A stretch of DNA of 64,000 bases, from positions 480,001 through 544,000 of the forward strand of contig CAVQKE010000007.1 in assembly GCA_963713045.1 (NCBI GenBank), given 5' to 3'. Origin of the DNA: an uncultured delta proteobacterium (GTDB taxonomy: Bacteria; Myxococcota; Myxococcia; Myxococcales; Myxococcaceae). The position numbers were made by a program, and so were the translations under genes. The notes under the pieces were generated by a model. It ran no database searches. It was not told the DNA's origin and worked only from the letters and a program-made list of their open reading frames with translations. This document shows, piece by piece, positions 33,100-42,401 of the stretch. Every line of letters starts with the position of its first letter. The stretch's first letter is position 1.

Positions 33100-35175
33100 T
33101 TACGGGCTGCTCCTCTTTCGAAACCAGTTTCGCATCATCCGGACGCGCGGAGGTACGACCGCAAGGACCCGTATCAACCGATGCTTGACGAAGCGCAGGG
33201 GCATTGTAAGTCGCCACGACTGACTGTCCTTTATGGAAGTCAGCTGAGCCAGAAGTGAGTCATGCGCCCGCGCTGACTGGCGAACGAGGATCCGCTCAGC
33301 GTCAAGCGCCTCATTGAGGCTTTCGACTTGGGCCACGCGGTCTTTGACGGCGCTCTCGAGGCTGACAAGCTGGAGGTCGCGGTCATGAGCCAATCTCTGG
33401 AGTTGCACGACTTCCGTGTCGCGCTGTGCCATCAGATCCCGCAGCTGGGCCACCAAGTCCCCCAGATGATGTAGGTAACCGAGGGCCGGTAGGAGTCCGG
33501 ATGAAGCTTTGCGCGGAACGGCCATGACGTTGCCGGTCACTGTTTTTTGAAAGTCGACCTCTTCCTCGAGCCACTTCTGGACATCCTCCTCGGTGACCAG
33601 GAGTCCTGCCGGCTTCACCAGCGCCCGTACCATGTCCACCAGTGACTCCGTGTGCTCGAGCGAAGCACCGCCGTCAGCGAAACAATACAGAATGCTTCGC
33701 GTCACAACCCACCCCAAGGGGACGTCTCTATCCGTAGACCACTCGCGATCGATTTGGACGAGTCCGGAGCCAGTCTCCAAGAGATTGAAGGGCGTACAGT
33801 CTAGAAAGCTGCCATCAATGATCAGCGAGGACAGGTGACGCTCGCCGTCCTGGGCTGTGCCGGAATCGGCATGGGTCGCTCGCTCCAGAAGAAATCGGAG
33901 CCAAGGCTGCAGCACGGCGACGAGCTTTTCGAATGACCCACTGCGCGCCTGCTCGCTCAAAAATCGGAAGAAGATTTGGCGGCCGGCGACGTAGTCGGTG
34001 GTCGTCCCGTCGATGCGGAGTCGCATCCCGCTGCCGGTTAGCGCCTCGTGATTGCTCGACGAGCTTAGCAACTGTTTCCCCACGAGAATCCCCTCACCTC
34101 GACGGAAGAATCGCGTCTCCGTGGCGAATTCAGGTCGCCGGCCGACGGCGTACGTGGTCGCGAGGTCATCGGAAGGGCGTGGAATCGAGGCTTGATTCGC
34201 AATCACCAGAAAGGAGTTCGCGAACTCGGCGAAGAGCCCATTGTCGGCCAGCGAAGAATAGACCAGCGCTTCATTGAAGAGTCGAAAGGGGCGACCGGTG
34301 TAGTCCCGGGCGCGCGAACGGAGAATGAGCTCGGCCGGATTGAAGTTCTCCGTGTGGAGCGCTTCGTCGGAGACAATGACGGACGGCAGCTTGTAGTCCG
34401 GAAAAGGATAGTAGAACCGGGTGAACGGAAACCCGGCCGAGCGGAGCTCTAAAGCGAGCTCGGCCCGGCCAAACGTGCGAGGCGTTTTCGGACCGTAGAG
34501 GTCCTGAATTCCAAAGAAGGGAGCGCCGACGTGGTCCTCTCCACAGGCGTTGAAGTACTTAAGACCGAGCTTGTTTTCAATCGCGACCACGAGGTTTCCG
34601 TGGGGCGCGAGAAATTCCTTAAGGCGGGAGAAGTAGTGCTGGACCGGGGCCGCGGCTGTTGAAAAGACCGGCGCATACTCGAGGACGCCGACCAGCAAGA
34701 GCCAATCAAACCTTTCCCGGGTGGAAAACTGGACCAAGTCGTCATTGACCACCTTCACATTGGGAAGGTCGCTGCAGCGTTGCGAGGTGATGGCCGCGCG
34801 GCTGAGGCTTCCTTCGACTGCGGTCACCTGCGCCCCAAGCTCTCCGAGGTAGCGGGTGATGGCGCCACACCCAGCTCCCACCTCGAGGACTCGTTCCCCT
34901 GGCCGAAGTTTCAGCGGCCGAATCAGGCAGTGGCGAAAGCGACTGAGGTGGTATTCGGACGGCCAGTCGGTAATGGCCTGGCTCAGCTCCAGCGACGCGA
35001 CACTCTTGTCTTTGACGCTCTGCATCAGCGTCAGCAGGCGCTGTTCAACGTCAGCGCCGTCCGTATACGGGAACGGCGCAGACGGGTCTCGTCGGAAGAG
35101 GCGCCGCTCCTCGTCCCAAATGTAGGCGGGCTCAGTCGAAGGCAACTGGGCCTTGCGGGTCGCGGGTCGAGTCAA
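33100..35175 (-). CDS. Methyltransferase / kinase-like / coiled-coil protein, WbdD-like glycan chain terminator
   Basis: LEVGAGCGA, GVLEY, ENKLGLKYFNAC and YPFPDYKLP MTase motifs; DCTPFN...IDRE kinase-like motifs; heptad region; SQSWRLTMPLR tail. Confidence 0.75.
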   Translation of the reverse strand: MTRPATRKAQLPSTEPAYIWDEERRLFRRDPSAPFPYTDGADVEQRLLTLMQSVKDKSVASLELSQAITDWPSEYHLSRFRHCLIRPLKLRPGERVLEVGAGCGAITRYLGELGAQVTAVEGSLSRAAITSQRCSDLPNVKVVNDDLVQFSTRERFDWLLLVGVLEYAPVFSTAAAPVQHYFSRLKEFLAPHGNLVVAIENKLGLKYFNACGEDHVGAPFFGIQDLYGPKTPRTFGRAELALELRSAGFPFTRFYYPFPDYKLPSVIVSDEALHTENFNPAELILRSRARDYTGRPFRLFNEALVYSSLADNGLFAEFANSFLVIANQASIPRPSDDLATTYAVGRRPEFATETRFFRRGEGILVGKQLLSSSSNHEALTGSGMRLRIDGTTTDYVAGRQIFFRFLSEQARSGSFEKLVAVLQPWLRFLLERATHADSGTAQDGERHLSSLIIDGSFLDCTPFNLLETGSGLVQIDREWSTDRDVPLGWVVTRSILYCFADGGASLEHTESLVDMVRALVKPAGLLVTEEDVQKWLEEEVDFQKTVTGNVMAVPRKASSGLLPALGYLHHLGDLVAQLRDLMAQRDTEVVQLQRLAHDRDLQLVSLESAVKDRVAQVESLNEALDAERILVRQSARAHDSLLAQLTSIKDSQSWRLTMPLRFVKHRLIRVLAVVPPRVRMMRNWFRKRSSP

Positions 35176-35556
35176 CGACAGACCCCTGGCTTGCAGGAGG
35201 GAGGACTGGTGTGCGGACGTCAGGTGTGAAAAGTCTGCTCATTCTTCGCTTTTGGGGGCCCGGCCGAAAAAGATCGCCGAGCGGACGGTAACCCAACTCC
35301 CGGTCGGTAAGTTAAGCACGGCGGACCGAAGCGGCCTTTTTCGTTCTTTTTGGCAAGGGGTTCCCCGAAAGGGTGCTCACGCGTCTTCGCCGGCAAACCC
35401 GGGGTCCTCCTGCGGTCTTCTTGAGCCGACGGAAAGCCCCGCGTAGACAAACCACTGCCGGCGAAGAATTCCTACTCGCTTCCCTCGGTGGCCCACCTAC
35501 TGGCCGCCATTGTCAATCTCGAGGCCAACACCTGAAGGAGCCTGTATTGCCCTGGG

Positions 35557-35766
35557 TACGCCTCCACACGCTCCGATGGTGCAGCATTCGGCTTGGGCGT
35601 CGCTTCGCAAACAGCACATCAACCCCGCTTCAGAGCAGGCCGTCGACGCAGCCCGGGGAAGCAGGGCAGCCGCCATCGTACAGACCCGCGCTGCCTGGCC
35701 GCCGTCGCCCCCACAACAAATCTCAGACTCCACCGGGCTTCCGCTCGTGCGCGCCACCACTACCAA
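35557..35766 (-). pseudogene. Decayed partial copy of the Cys-rich lipoprotein gene at 47093-47704
   Basis: Aligns by eye to 47453-47665, including exact ACAAATCTCAGACTCCACCGGGCTTCCGCTCGTGC; lipobox Cys TGC changed to CGC; two small deletions. Confidence 0.85.
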
Positions 35767-35924
35767 GGAGGTTCCGCCTTGGAAGTCTGTCCTCAATTGA
35801 GGACGCAATTGTTGGCCGGAAGTTATCTGCCGTTTCCATTGGAACGGCGAAGATTCTGAAATCGGCCAGCGCTGCGACCACAGCGGAGCCCATCGGTGGA
35901 AATGCTCCCGAGCTCGAACAGTTC

Positions 35925-36746
35925 TCATCGCACGCCTGCTCCAAAGGTAGATATCGAAGTGCTTGGCTTTATCGAGACACCAACGTCGATGTACTCAGCA
36001 TGTATGCCTTGCCATAGATTATCGATCGACCACAGAACGGTCCTGAACCCGGTGCACGACGAAATCATGTCGACAACGTCGTATCCAAAATCATAGGTAA
36101 CCAAACTTCCGTCCGGATTGATGGGGTTCCCATGGTAGGCTGGCGGCTTAACTAAGTGCTCAATCTCTCCATTGCTAATAATCGCTCTTCGGACTGTAGC
36201 ATTCTGTCTGTTAACCAACGGTGTGGTGAAGATGTGCACGCCACCGGGCCGCAAGGTCCTATACAGCTCACGGAAGACCCGATGCACGTCAAAAACATGT
36301 TCGAGGACGTCCTGCGTGACGTGAAGGTCGATTGACTCATCCGCGAAGGTCAAGCTCTCTAGATTCTCATTCCGGTATCCGTCGATTGTCGATCCCGCAG
36401 CGTGCGCAGGCCAATGGTGCGACTGAACAAGCCTCGGGTACCTGGTCTTGAGATATTGACTGAATCCACGCTGGCTGGGCGAGCTCTCGTGCACAACCGG
36501 ATCGCTGGCTCGGAGCAATGCGCGGTACTTTGCGAAGACAGTCGCGATCGCGCGCTCTCGCGGAATCGACTTGCAGCGGCGGCAGATGTAATGGTCCCGA
36601 AGCCAGTTTTCCTGCGCAACGAAGACAGTATCGCGCTCACAGATTGGGCAATACCCGTCGTGCGCGAATGGAAGGAATGGAACTCGTTCTAGAGCTGCCG
36701 AGATTTCGCGAACCGAGGTGAGAACATCCTTCGAGTGCCCCGCCAT
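35925..36746 (-). CDS. Methyltransf_11-like methyltransferase with N-terminal CxxC/CxxC motif
   Basis: CPIC...CRRCKSIPRER, NLESLTFADESIDL, QDVLEHV and LRPGGVHIFTTP motifs. Confidence 0.82.
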   Translation of the reverse strand: MAGHSKDVLTSVREISAALERVPFLPFAHDGYCPICERDTVFVAQENWLRDHYICRRCKSIPRERAIATVFAKYRALLRASDPVVHESSPSQRGFSQYLKTRYPRLVQSHHWPAHAAGSTIDGYRNENLESLTFADESIDLHVTQDVLEHVFDVHRVFRELYRTLRPGGVHIFTTPLVNRQNATVRRAIISNGEIEHLVKPPAYHGNPINPDGSLVTYDFGYDVVDMISSCTGFRTVLWSIDNLWQGIHAEYIDVGVSIKPSTSISTFGAGVR

Positions 36747-37363
36747 GGAGTCGACCTCTTCTGATCTTCGAACTGCCCGCTGTCAAACGTTACCTTCTAA
36801 CAGACTGCGGATGTATTTAAACCGCACCTAAGCGGGGATGGGGCGCTGTCGTTTGCGATGTCGCTCGGATCTTTGCCTACCGCGTCCTGGTACGCGCGAA
36901 GGCGACAGAGGCGCTCGGCGGGCCCCACGACGGCGCTCTGTCGAGGCCTCGAAGCGTTCCGGACCGAGGCGACCCGCGAGGCCATCGTCGCCAAACCTAC
37001 GGGGCGGAGAGAGGCCCTGGTCAGTTCCGGGACCTAGGCGGCCGGTTTATCCGGCGTCCCGGCGGCGCTCGACACTAGGCTCGTGCGCGGCCCCGGCTAA
37101 CCCGCCCACGACCCCGGGCCGGGAACCGGTCCCAAGGGAGAGAAGTGGCGCGCCTACGCAATCTCGATGATACCGCTCACTTGCGTCGACCTCGCGTCGT
37201 CCCTCTGCTTAACGGTACGTGCTTTCGACGAAAGGCAACGTCTCCTCGCAGCCTTTGCAGAGCGGAGCTGGCACAGCCAGGATGAAATCCCCAGTTTCTA
37301 AGCGATGAGCTTGTTCGGGAGCCCAGGCCCGAAGCCCAAACACCTGCTGCCGCAGGCTCTAGC

Positions 37364-38224
37364 TCAAGCGGGCTTGTCCCCTGAGCGAAACTGGGCAGCC
37401 AGCATCTCGTTCAAATCCGTGGCTGGCATCTCCAGTGACGGGTACGAACTCGAATAGTCGTAATGCTGACTTTGCTCGAGCGCGAGGAAGCTACTGTGGT
37501 AGCGCCGCGCTGCCGGACTCAGGACAGCAAACCCGCGTAGTAGCTCCCGCGCCATCGATCCACGCAACGGGAGGAGCAGCCCCTTTCTTCCGAAGTGCCT
37601 GCGAATCTGCGTCACCATGTCCAGCATGCTGAGCGCTTTGGTCTCGAAGCCGTTGATGACGGACGCAGAAGCCCAGTGCACACAGGCAAGGACTAGAGTG
37701 ACGGCGTCACGCAAATGGGTGATTTGGATGTACAGATCAGATCCAAGCACTGGGGCTACTGGCCAGGTGCGGTATCGCCGAACCATTCGCCCAAAAAGGC
37801 CACCGTTACCGATAACGAGTCCGAACCGAAGCGCCACATCGTCTTCGCGAACGAAGTACTGCTCTAGCGCATGTTTTGCACACCCATATTCAGACGGAGC
37901 GGTGGCGTGCGCGGAACATGATGTTACATAGAGTTGCCGTCGGACTCCAGCGGCTCGCGCCTGTGAATGCCAACGCTTGGTGCCCTCAACATTTCGCGTG
38001 AAGGTCCCAGGCGACATGTCGTGAGCGCAATGAACGAGGAGGTCGACGCCCCGAATCGCGTCGGCGGGCAGGTCCTTCCCTAGGGACGAGAGATAAAAGG
38101 GAGCCAGTCCACCTCTCGAAGGGGGACGTCGGCAAATCGCCACGACCGAGTTACCGGCGGCGGCACCGGCAGCCAAAATGGCGTCGCCAATGAAGCCATT
38201 CGCTCCGGTAACGGCGATTCTCAC
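37364..38224 (-). CDS. NAD-dependent epimerase/dehydratase (extended SDR)
   Basis: VTGANGFIG, VHCA, TSCS and YGCAK (YxxxK) motifs; GTGA overlap with the upstream GMC gene. Confidence 0.85.
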   Translation of the reverse strand: MRIAVTGANGFIGDAILAAGAAAGNSVVAICRRPPSRGGLAPFYLSSLGKDLPADAIRGVDLLVHCAHDMSPGTFTRNVEGTKRWHSQARAAGVRRQLYVTSCSAHATAPSEYGCAKHALEQYFVREDDVALRFGLVIGNGGLFGRMVRRYRTWPVAPVLGSDLYIQITHLRDAVTLVLACVHWASASVINGFETKALSMLDMVTQIRRHFGRKGLLLPLRGSMARELLRGFAVLSPAARRYHSSFLALEQSQHYDYSSSYPSLEMPATDLNEMLAAQFRSGDKPA

Positions 38225-39814
38225 GAAAGAGTCAGCGATGAAGCGACGTGACCGGCGGTACGCATCGCGTTGGCCATGATCGTCAGCGTGTGATTCTTCG
38301 CCGGAAGACACGGAAAGACCGCTGCATCTGCCACGTAGACGAAGCGTGTGCCGGAAAGCCGTCCCGTTGGGCTCGTCGTATACGCGCCGCCGCCCTCGCT
38401 CCGAACCATCGGCAGGGTGCCGCCGTAATGGACTCCATTGCCCGGCGTGGGCGTTTTCACCAACGAGGTGTGCGACCAAAAACCCAGGCGCCGCATCAAG
38501 CCGATCAACTGATGCTCGACTGCGCCCGTCGATACACGGTCCTTATAAATAAGTTCGAGACTTCCCGACGGCAAGAGGCGCACTGTGTTTCCCGGGCGAG
38601 CGGCCTCGGGATAAAAACAAGTGAATAACGAAAAGGCTGGCAAAATGTACTTGCATGCGGCAGTGGAACCGCGAATCGTGAATGGGAAATCCATGATCAC
38701 TTCGCTGGCGAGCAGCGAGCCATAAGTATAGTACGTCGCCTGGACGTACGACTCGGAAGACGGCCCGCGGTAGACGGCCACCAATTGGCCAACACCGTGC
38801 GAAGTGAAGTCGAGGCGGTCACCCACCATAGCCGGGGTTACGAAGGGGACCATGGATACTTGGTTGTCGAGCAATGGAAGGCGAGTCATGGAATCGTCCG
38901 CGGACGCAAGGACGATGCGGGCGCTGTTGAGGCAGCCGGCCGCCAGGATGAGCCTTGCGCCGCTGAAGGTCTCCCGCGTCTCGGAATCGAGCTTAAGAGT
39001 GTGCACATCGACGCCGTTTGGCGTTTCGCAAAACGTCTTCACTAAGCGCCCGGGCTGATAGCTGATGCGGCCATCCCTAATTAGGCGGTCGAGCGTAAAG
39101 CGGGGCGTGTAAAGATACGGGACTTGAGGCTCCCAGAACGTGAGGTTGTCGTAATTGCAAGCCCTTCGTTCGCCGAGGTCCCGACTCAGGACTGCCAGTC
39201 GCGGCCGACCGATCCTGAAGCCATGCTCCTGAAACGAGACGCGGCGACGCTCATACCCAGCCAAAAGCCTTGAAGAGAGACGGTCGAGGGGATGCGGCGG
39301 CTGGAGACCCTCGGTGCTGCCGAAATGAGAAGCCAAGTCGTCGCTTGTCCCCGAGATGCCAATTTCTTTGACAAGCTCTTGATAGTGACCTCGCAGCTCG
39401 GCCAGTCCGAATGGAAAGGGGGCAAGGTCTTCAGCAGTAAACTCGAACGTTCCGGCGCCCCATGCGTTGGCGAGGCCTCCATACGCGAGGCTCTGTACGG
39501 CCGAGAAGCCGTCTGAGAATACAGGCGACAACGCATCCGTCTTCTCAGTGACAAAGCTGAATAGGGGCGCCTTCAACTTCGGACTCAAATACGCCTGAGA
39601 GATGTTGTGCAATGACTCGAACTTCTCGCCAATGAAGTAGGATCTTCTGCTTAGGATCGCTTTGGCGCAACGTCAGAAAGTCGGGGCCCAGCCGTTTCCC
39701 GGCGGGAGCGGGAGTGCCCACGTCAAGCATCAAGATGCGCAAGCCTTTTTTCGCGCCTTCGTATGCGGCAAAAGTTCCCGCAGCGCCCGAGCCTACAATG
39801 ATCAGATCAAACAT
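38221..39814 (-). CDS. GMC-family FAD oxidoreductase; one frameshift near 39645
   Basis: MFDLIIVGSGAAG dinucleotide fold in ORF 39545-39826, continuing in ORF 38221-39612 with GGLANAWG, LAAGCLNSARI, VHYGGTLPM and DAAVFPCLPAKNHTLTIMANA. Confidence 0.85.
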
Positions 39815-40310
39815 GCCGCCTTGCACGGCGCTCGAGGCGCTTCAACAGCAGGAGGCCACTTAGAAAGTAGTAGAAAGTAGATGCGGCATGCCAAAGCAAC
39901 TCTAGGTATGCGGATAGCCGGCTGGGCCGACCGTTAATAAACCGCTGGTAATTGGGGGTCGAGGCGTCGGTCTCGAGCAGAAACGCGAGAATGTGGGCCC
40001 GCTGTGAAAGGGGGTTTCGCGGCCATTTGCGCCTAAGAACAAGTTCGAGGCCCTGCACGTCGACGCGCTCTGCAAGCGCGATCTCGACCACGCGCCGCCA
40101 GACACCCTCATCGCGTTTCTCCTTCGGCGTTCGTGGCTCCCCTTCGGCTGCAGCGTTCCCGCCGAGTACAACCGAAGTCACCGCGGCGCGGTAGCTGGCG
40201 AGGACACCGGCGTCAATTGCAGCCGCCCCAAACAGTTTGGCGCCGAGGAAACGGCCTTCGTCGGCGAATGTCGAACCTTGTCGCTGGTCGAACGAAGCCT
40301 GGGTCGTCAT
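39807..40310 (-). CDS. Hypothetical protein, translationally coupled on both sides
   Basis: ATGA overlap with the upstream MTase and 8-bp overlap with the GMC gene; hydrophobic C-terminal helix. Confidence 0.65.
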   Translation of the reverse strand: MTTQASFDQRQGSTFADEGRFLGAKLFGAAAIDAGVLASYRAAVTSVVLGGNAAAEGEPRTPKEKRDEGVWRRVVEIALAERVDVQGLELVLRRKWPRNPLSQRAHILAFLLETDASTPNYQRFINGRPSRLSAYLELLWHAASTFYYFLSGLLLLKRLERRARRHV

Positions 40311-41104
40311 GCGCGTTCACGGCGCCGCAGCACAATGACGTGGTGCAGGGCGAGCAAGCGTTCCCACGGAGAGAGCAGCTGCTCGAACCAGCGCACGAGC
40401 GGCACTGCGAAGTTCGGCACGAGCTGCCGAAAGTTCAGCCCACCAGAGAGAAGATAACGTCCGTAGGAGCGGAGAGGCTTCATCAGCACCAGCTCGAATT
40501 CGGGGAATTCCCGCTCGAAAGTGGCCCGATCGCGCACGAAGACTAAATAGCTGAGGGCTTGGTTAGCTCCCGACATCGGTCCTTGCGTGGAGACCTCCCA
40601 AGCGCCAGCCCGCTTGTCAAAGTTCTCGCTAGCGAAGAGCCGTTTGTAGACAAACGAAGCCATGGCGCCGTGGTAGGGTTCGATCAGGAGGATGCCCCCT
40701 CCGGGCGCTAGCACCCGGCGCGCCTCTCTGAAGAACCTCCGGGGCTCGGGGAAGTGGTGGAAACAATTTTGGCAGAAAAGGGTCTTGAGTTCACCGTCGT
40801 TGAATTGCATCTGTTGCGCGTCGACAACGAGATCCAATTGGGCGGACGGCACGACATCAGAGGACTTCACGTCTGGGTCGGTGAGCCGCAGCGGAAAAAC
40901 GCCGGCGCCCAATTCAATGCGGAGGCCCGAGCCCTTCAGATAGGTTGCTTCAAGCGCCAGAAATGTCTGGTTCATCTCCTTGAAAACGTCGGCGATCATC
41001 CTCTTTCGGGCAAGGATGACCGCGTGCGCTTTGAGTCGCGCCTCACCGTCGAGATCACTGAGGCGTGCCTCCTTCTCCAGCAGCAGATTCGCAATGGCTC
41101 CCAA
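40307..41104 (-). CDS. Class I SAM-dependent methyltransferase
   Basis: IELGAG, DAQQMQF, NCFHHF, LAPGGGILLIEP and NQAL motifs. Confidence 0.85.
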   Translation of the reverse strand: MGAIANLLLEKEARLSDLDGEARLKAHAVILARKRMIADVFKEMNQTFLALEATYLKGSGLRIELGAGVFPLRLTDPDVKSSDVVPSAQLDLVVDAQQMQFNDGELKTLFCQNCFHHFPEPRRFFREARRVLAPGGGILLIEPYHGAMASFVYKRLFASENFDKRAGAWEVSTQGPMSGANQALSYLVFVRDRATFEREFPEFELVLMKPLRSYGRYLLSGGLNFRQLVPNFAVPLVRWFEQLLSPWERLLALHHVIVLRRRERA

Positions 41105-41261
41105 GACCCACCCTCAGTCGCTTTGTTCGAGCGCCAACTTCCCGACCGAACCTACAGCAGGGCGACTGGCGTCGCCATTGGCTGGCAGAGCCCGTTCTGT
41201 GCTCTAGAGGCTGATTACCGGGACGATTTGCCTCGGGCCTACGTGCATCTGGACTTTTAAC

Positions 41262-42260
41262 GTGCTCTCCTTCGCTCCGGCCACTAGCACACCGAACGCT
41301 GCCCTCCCTCTACGGATGGCCGTGGTAATCCCCAGCTTCCGCGTCGCCCGCCACATCCTAGGTGTGCTCGCTCGAATCGGCCCCGCAGTCGAGCGAATCT
41401 ATGTAGTCGATGATGCCTGCCCGGAGCACACCGGCGACCTGGTTGAGCAGAAGTGTCGGGACGCGCGGGTCACCGTGCTCCGTCACGAGAGAAATCGCGG
41501 CGTAGGCGGGGCAACGAAGACCGGCTACGCTCGCGGCCTTGCCGACGGCTTCGACGTCATCATCAAAGTGGATGGCGACGGCCAGACACCGCCCGAGCTA
41601 ATTCCGGTGCTGGCGAAGCCGATCCGCCTCGGCTTCGCGGACTACGCAAAGGGTAACCGCTTCTACAAAGTTGAGGATGTGCGGGCGATGCCCACGGTGC
41701 GTCTCTTCGGCAACGCGGTGTTGTCCTTTCTTACCAAACTCTCGTCTGGCTATTGGCGCATCTTCGACCCCACCAACGGATTCACCGCCATCCACCGGTC
41801 GGCCTTAGGGCTTCTACCGCTGGAGAAAATCAGCGACGGCTACTTCTTTGAGTCGGATATGCTTTTCCGGCTGGCGACTGTTCGCGCCGCGGTGGTCGAT
41901 GTACCGATGAAGGCCGTTTACGACGACGAGAAGAGCGGCCTAAGGATCGGACGTATCTTGGGACCGTTCCTGCGCGGGCACTTGAGCAACCTCGTTAAGC
42001 GTGTCGGCTACAACTACTTTCTGCGGGACTTCAGCGCCGCGTCGCTGCAGTTGGTCGCGGGCGGCGCTTGTCTTCTCTTTTCCGCCATCTTCGGCACGTG
42101 GCACTGGGCGACCAGCGGTGCCGACCACACCTTCGCGTCTGCCGGCACAGTGATGCTGGCGGCACTGCCCGCAATTCTTGGCCTGCAGCTAGTCCTCGCC
42201 TTCCTATCAGCCGACATCGCTTCAGAACCGACCATCGCATTGCAGCAGCTGCGCGACTGA
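41262..42260 (+). CDS. GT2 polyprenyl-phosphate glycosyltransferase (DPM1/GtrB-like) with two C-terminal TM helices (start 41262 or 41316)
   Basis: VVIPSF, VVDDAC, NRGVGGA, KVDGDGQ, KGNRF, DPTNGF and FFESDML motifs. Confidence 0.88.
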   Translation: MLSFAPATSTPNAALPLRMAVVIPSFRVARHILGVLARIGPAVERIYVVDDACPEHTGDLVEQKCRDARVTVLRHERNRGVGGATKTGYARGLADGFDVIIKVDGDGQTPPELIPVLAKPIRLGFADYAKGNRFYKVEDVRAMPTVRLFGNAVLSFLTKLSSGYWRIFDPTNGFTAIHRSALGLLPLEKISDGYFFESDMLFRLATVRAAVVDVPMKAVYDDEKSGLRIGRILGPFLRGHLSNLVKRVGYNYFLRDFSAASLQLVAGGACLLFSAIFGTWHWATSGADHTFASAGTVMLAALPAILGLQLVLAFLSADIASEPTIALQQLRD

Positions 42261-42401
42261 GCTTCCCCTGGGTTTCGACCGCATCGGTCCGCAACGGACC
42301 ACGGGCGGACTCGTTGCTCCTCAAACTGGCTCCCCGAAGACTCGCATGAGTAGGCACCCCGAGGGCAAACTCGCAGCGCACTGACATAGGGAAGTCAATT
42401 G

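Noticed and set aside
35391..35461. c-di-GMP-I riboswitch-like words GGCAAACC, GACGGAAAG and CTGCCG in order
   Set aside because: The P2 GNRA hairpin and P3 stem cannot be formed between them, and no plus-strand gene follows; needs cmscan to exclude fully
36747..37363. Long gap that might hold a gene relic or ncRNA
   Set aside because: No recognisable motif or convincing structure; needs BLASTX
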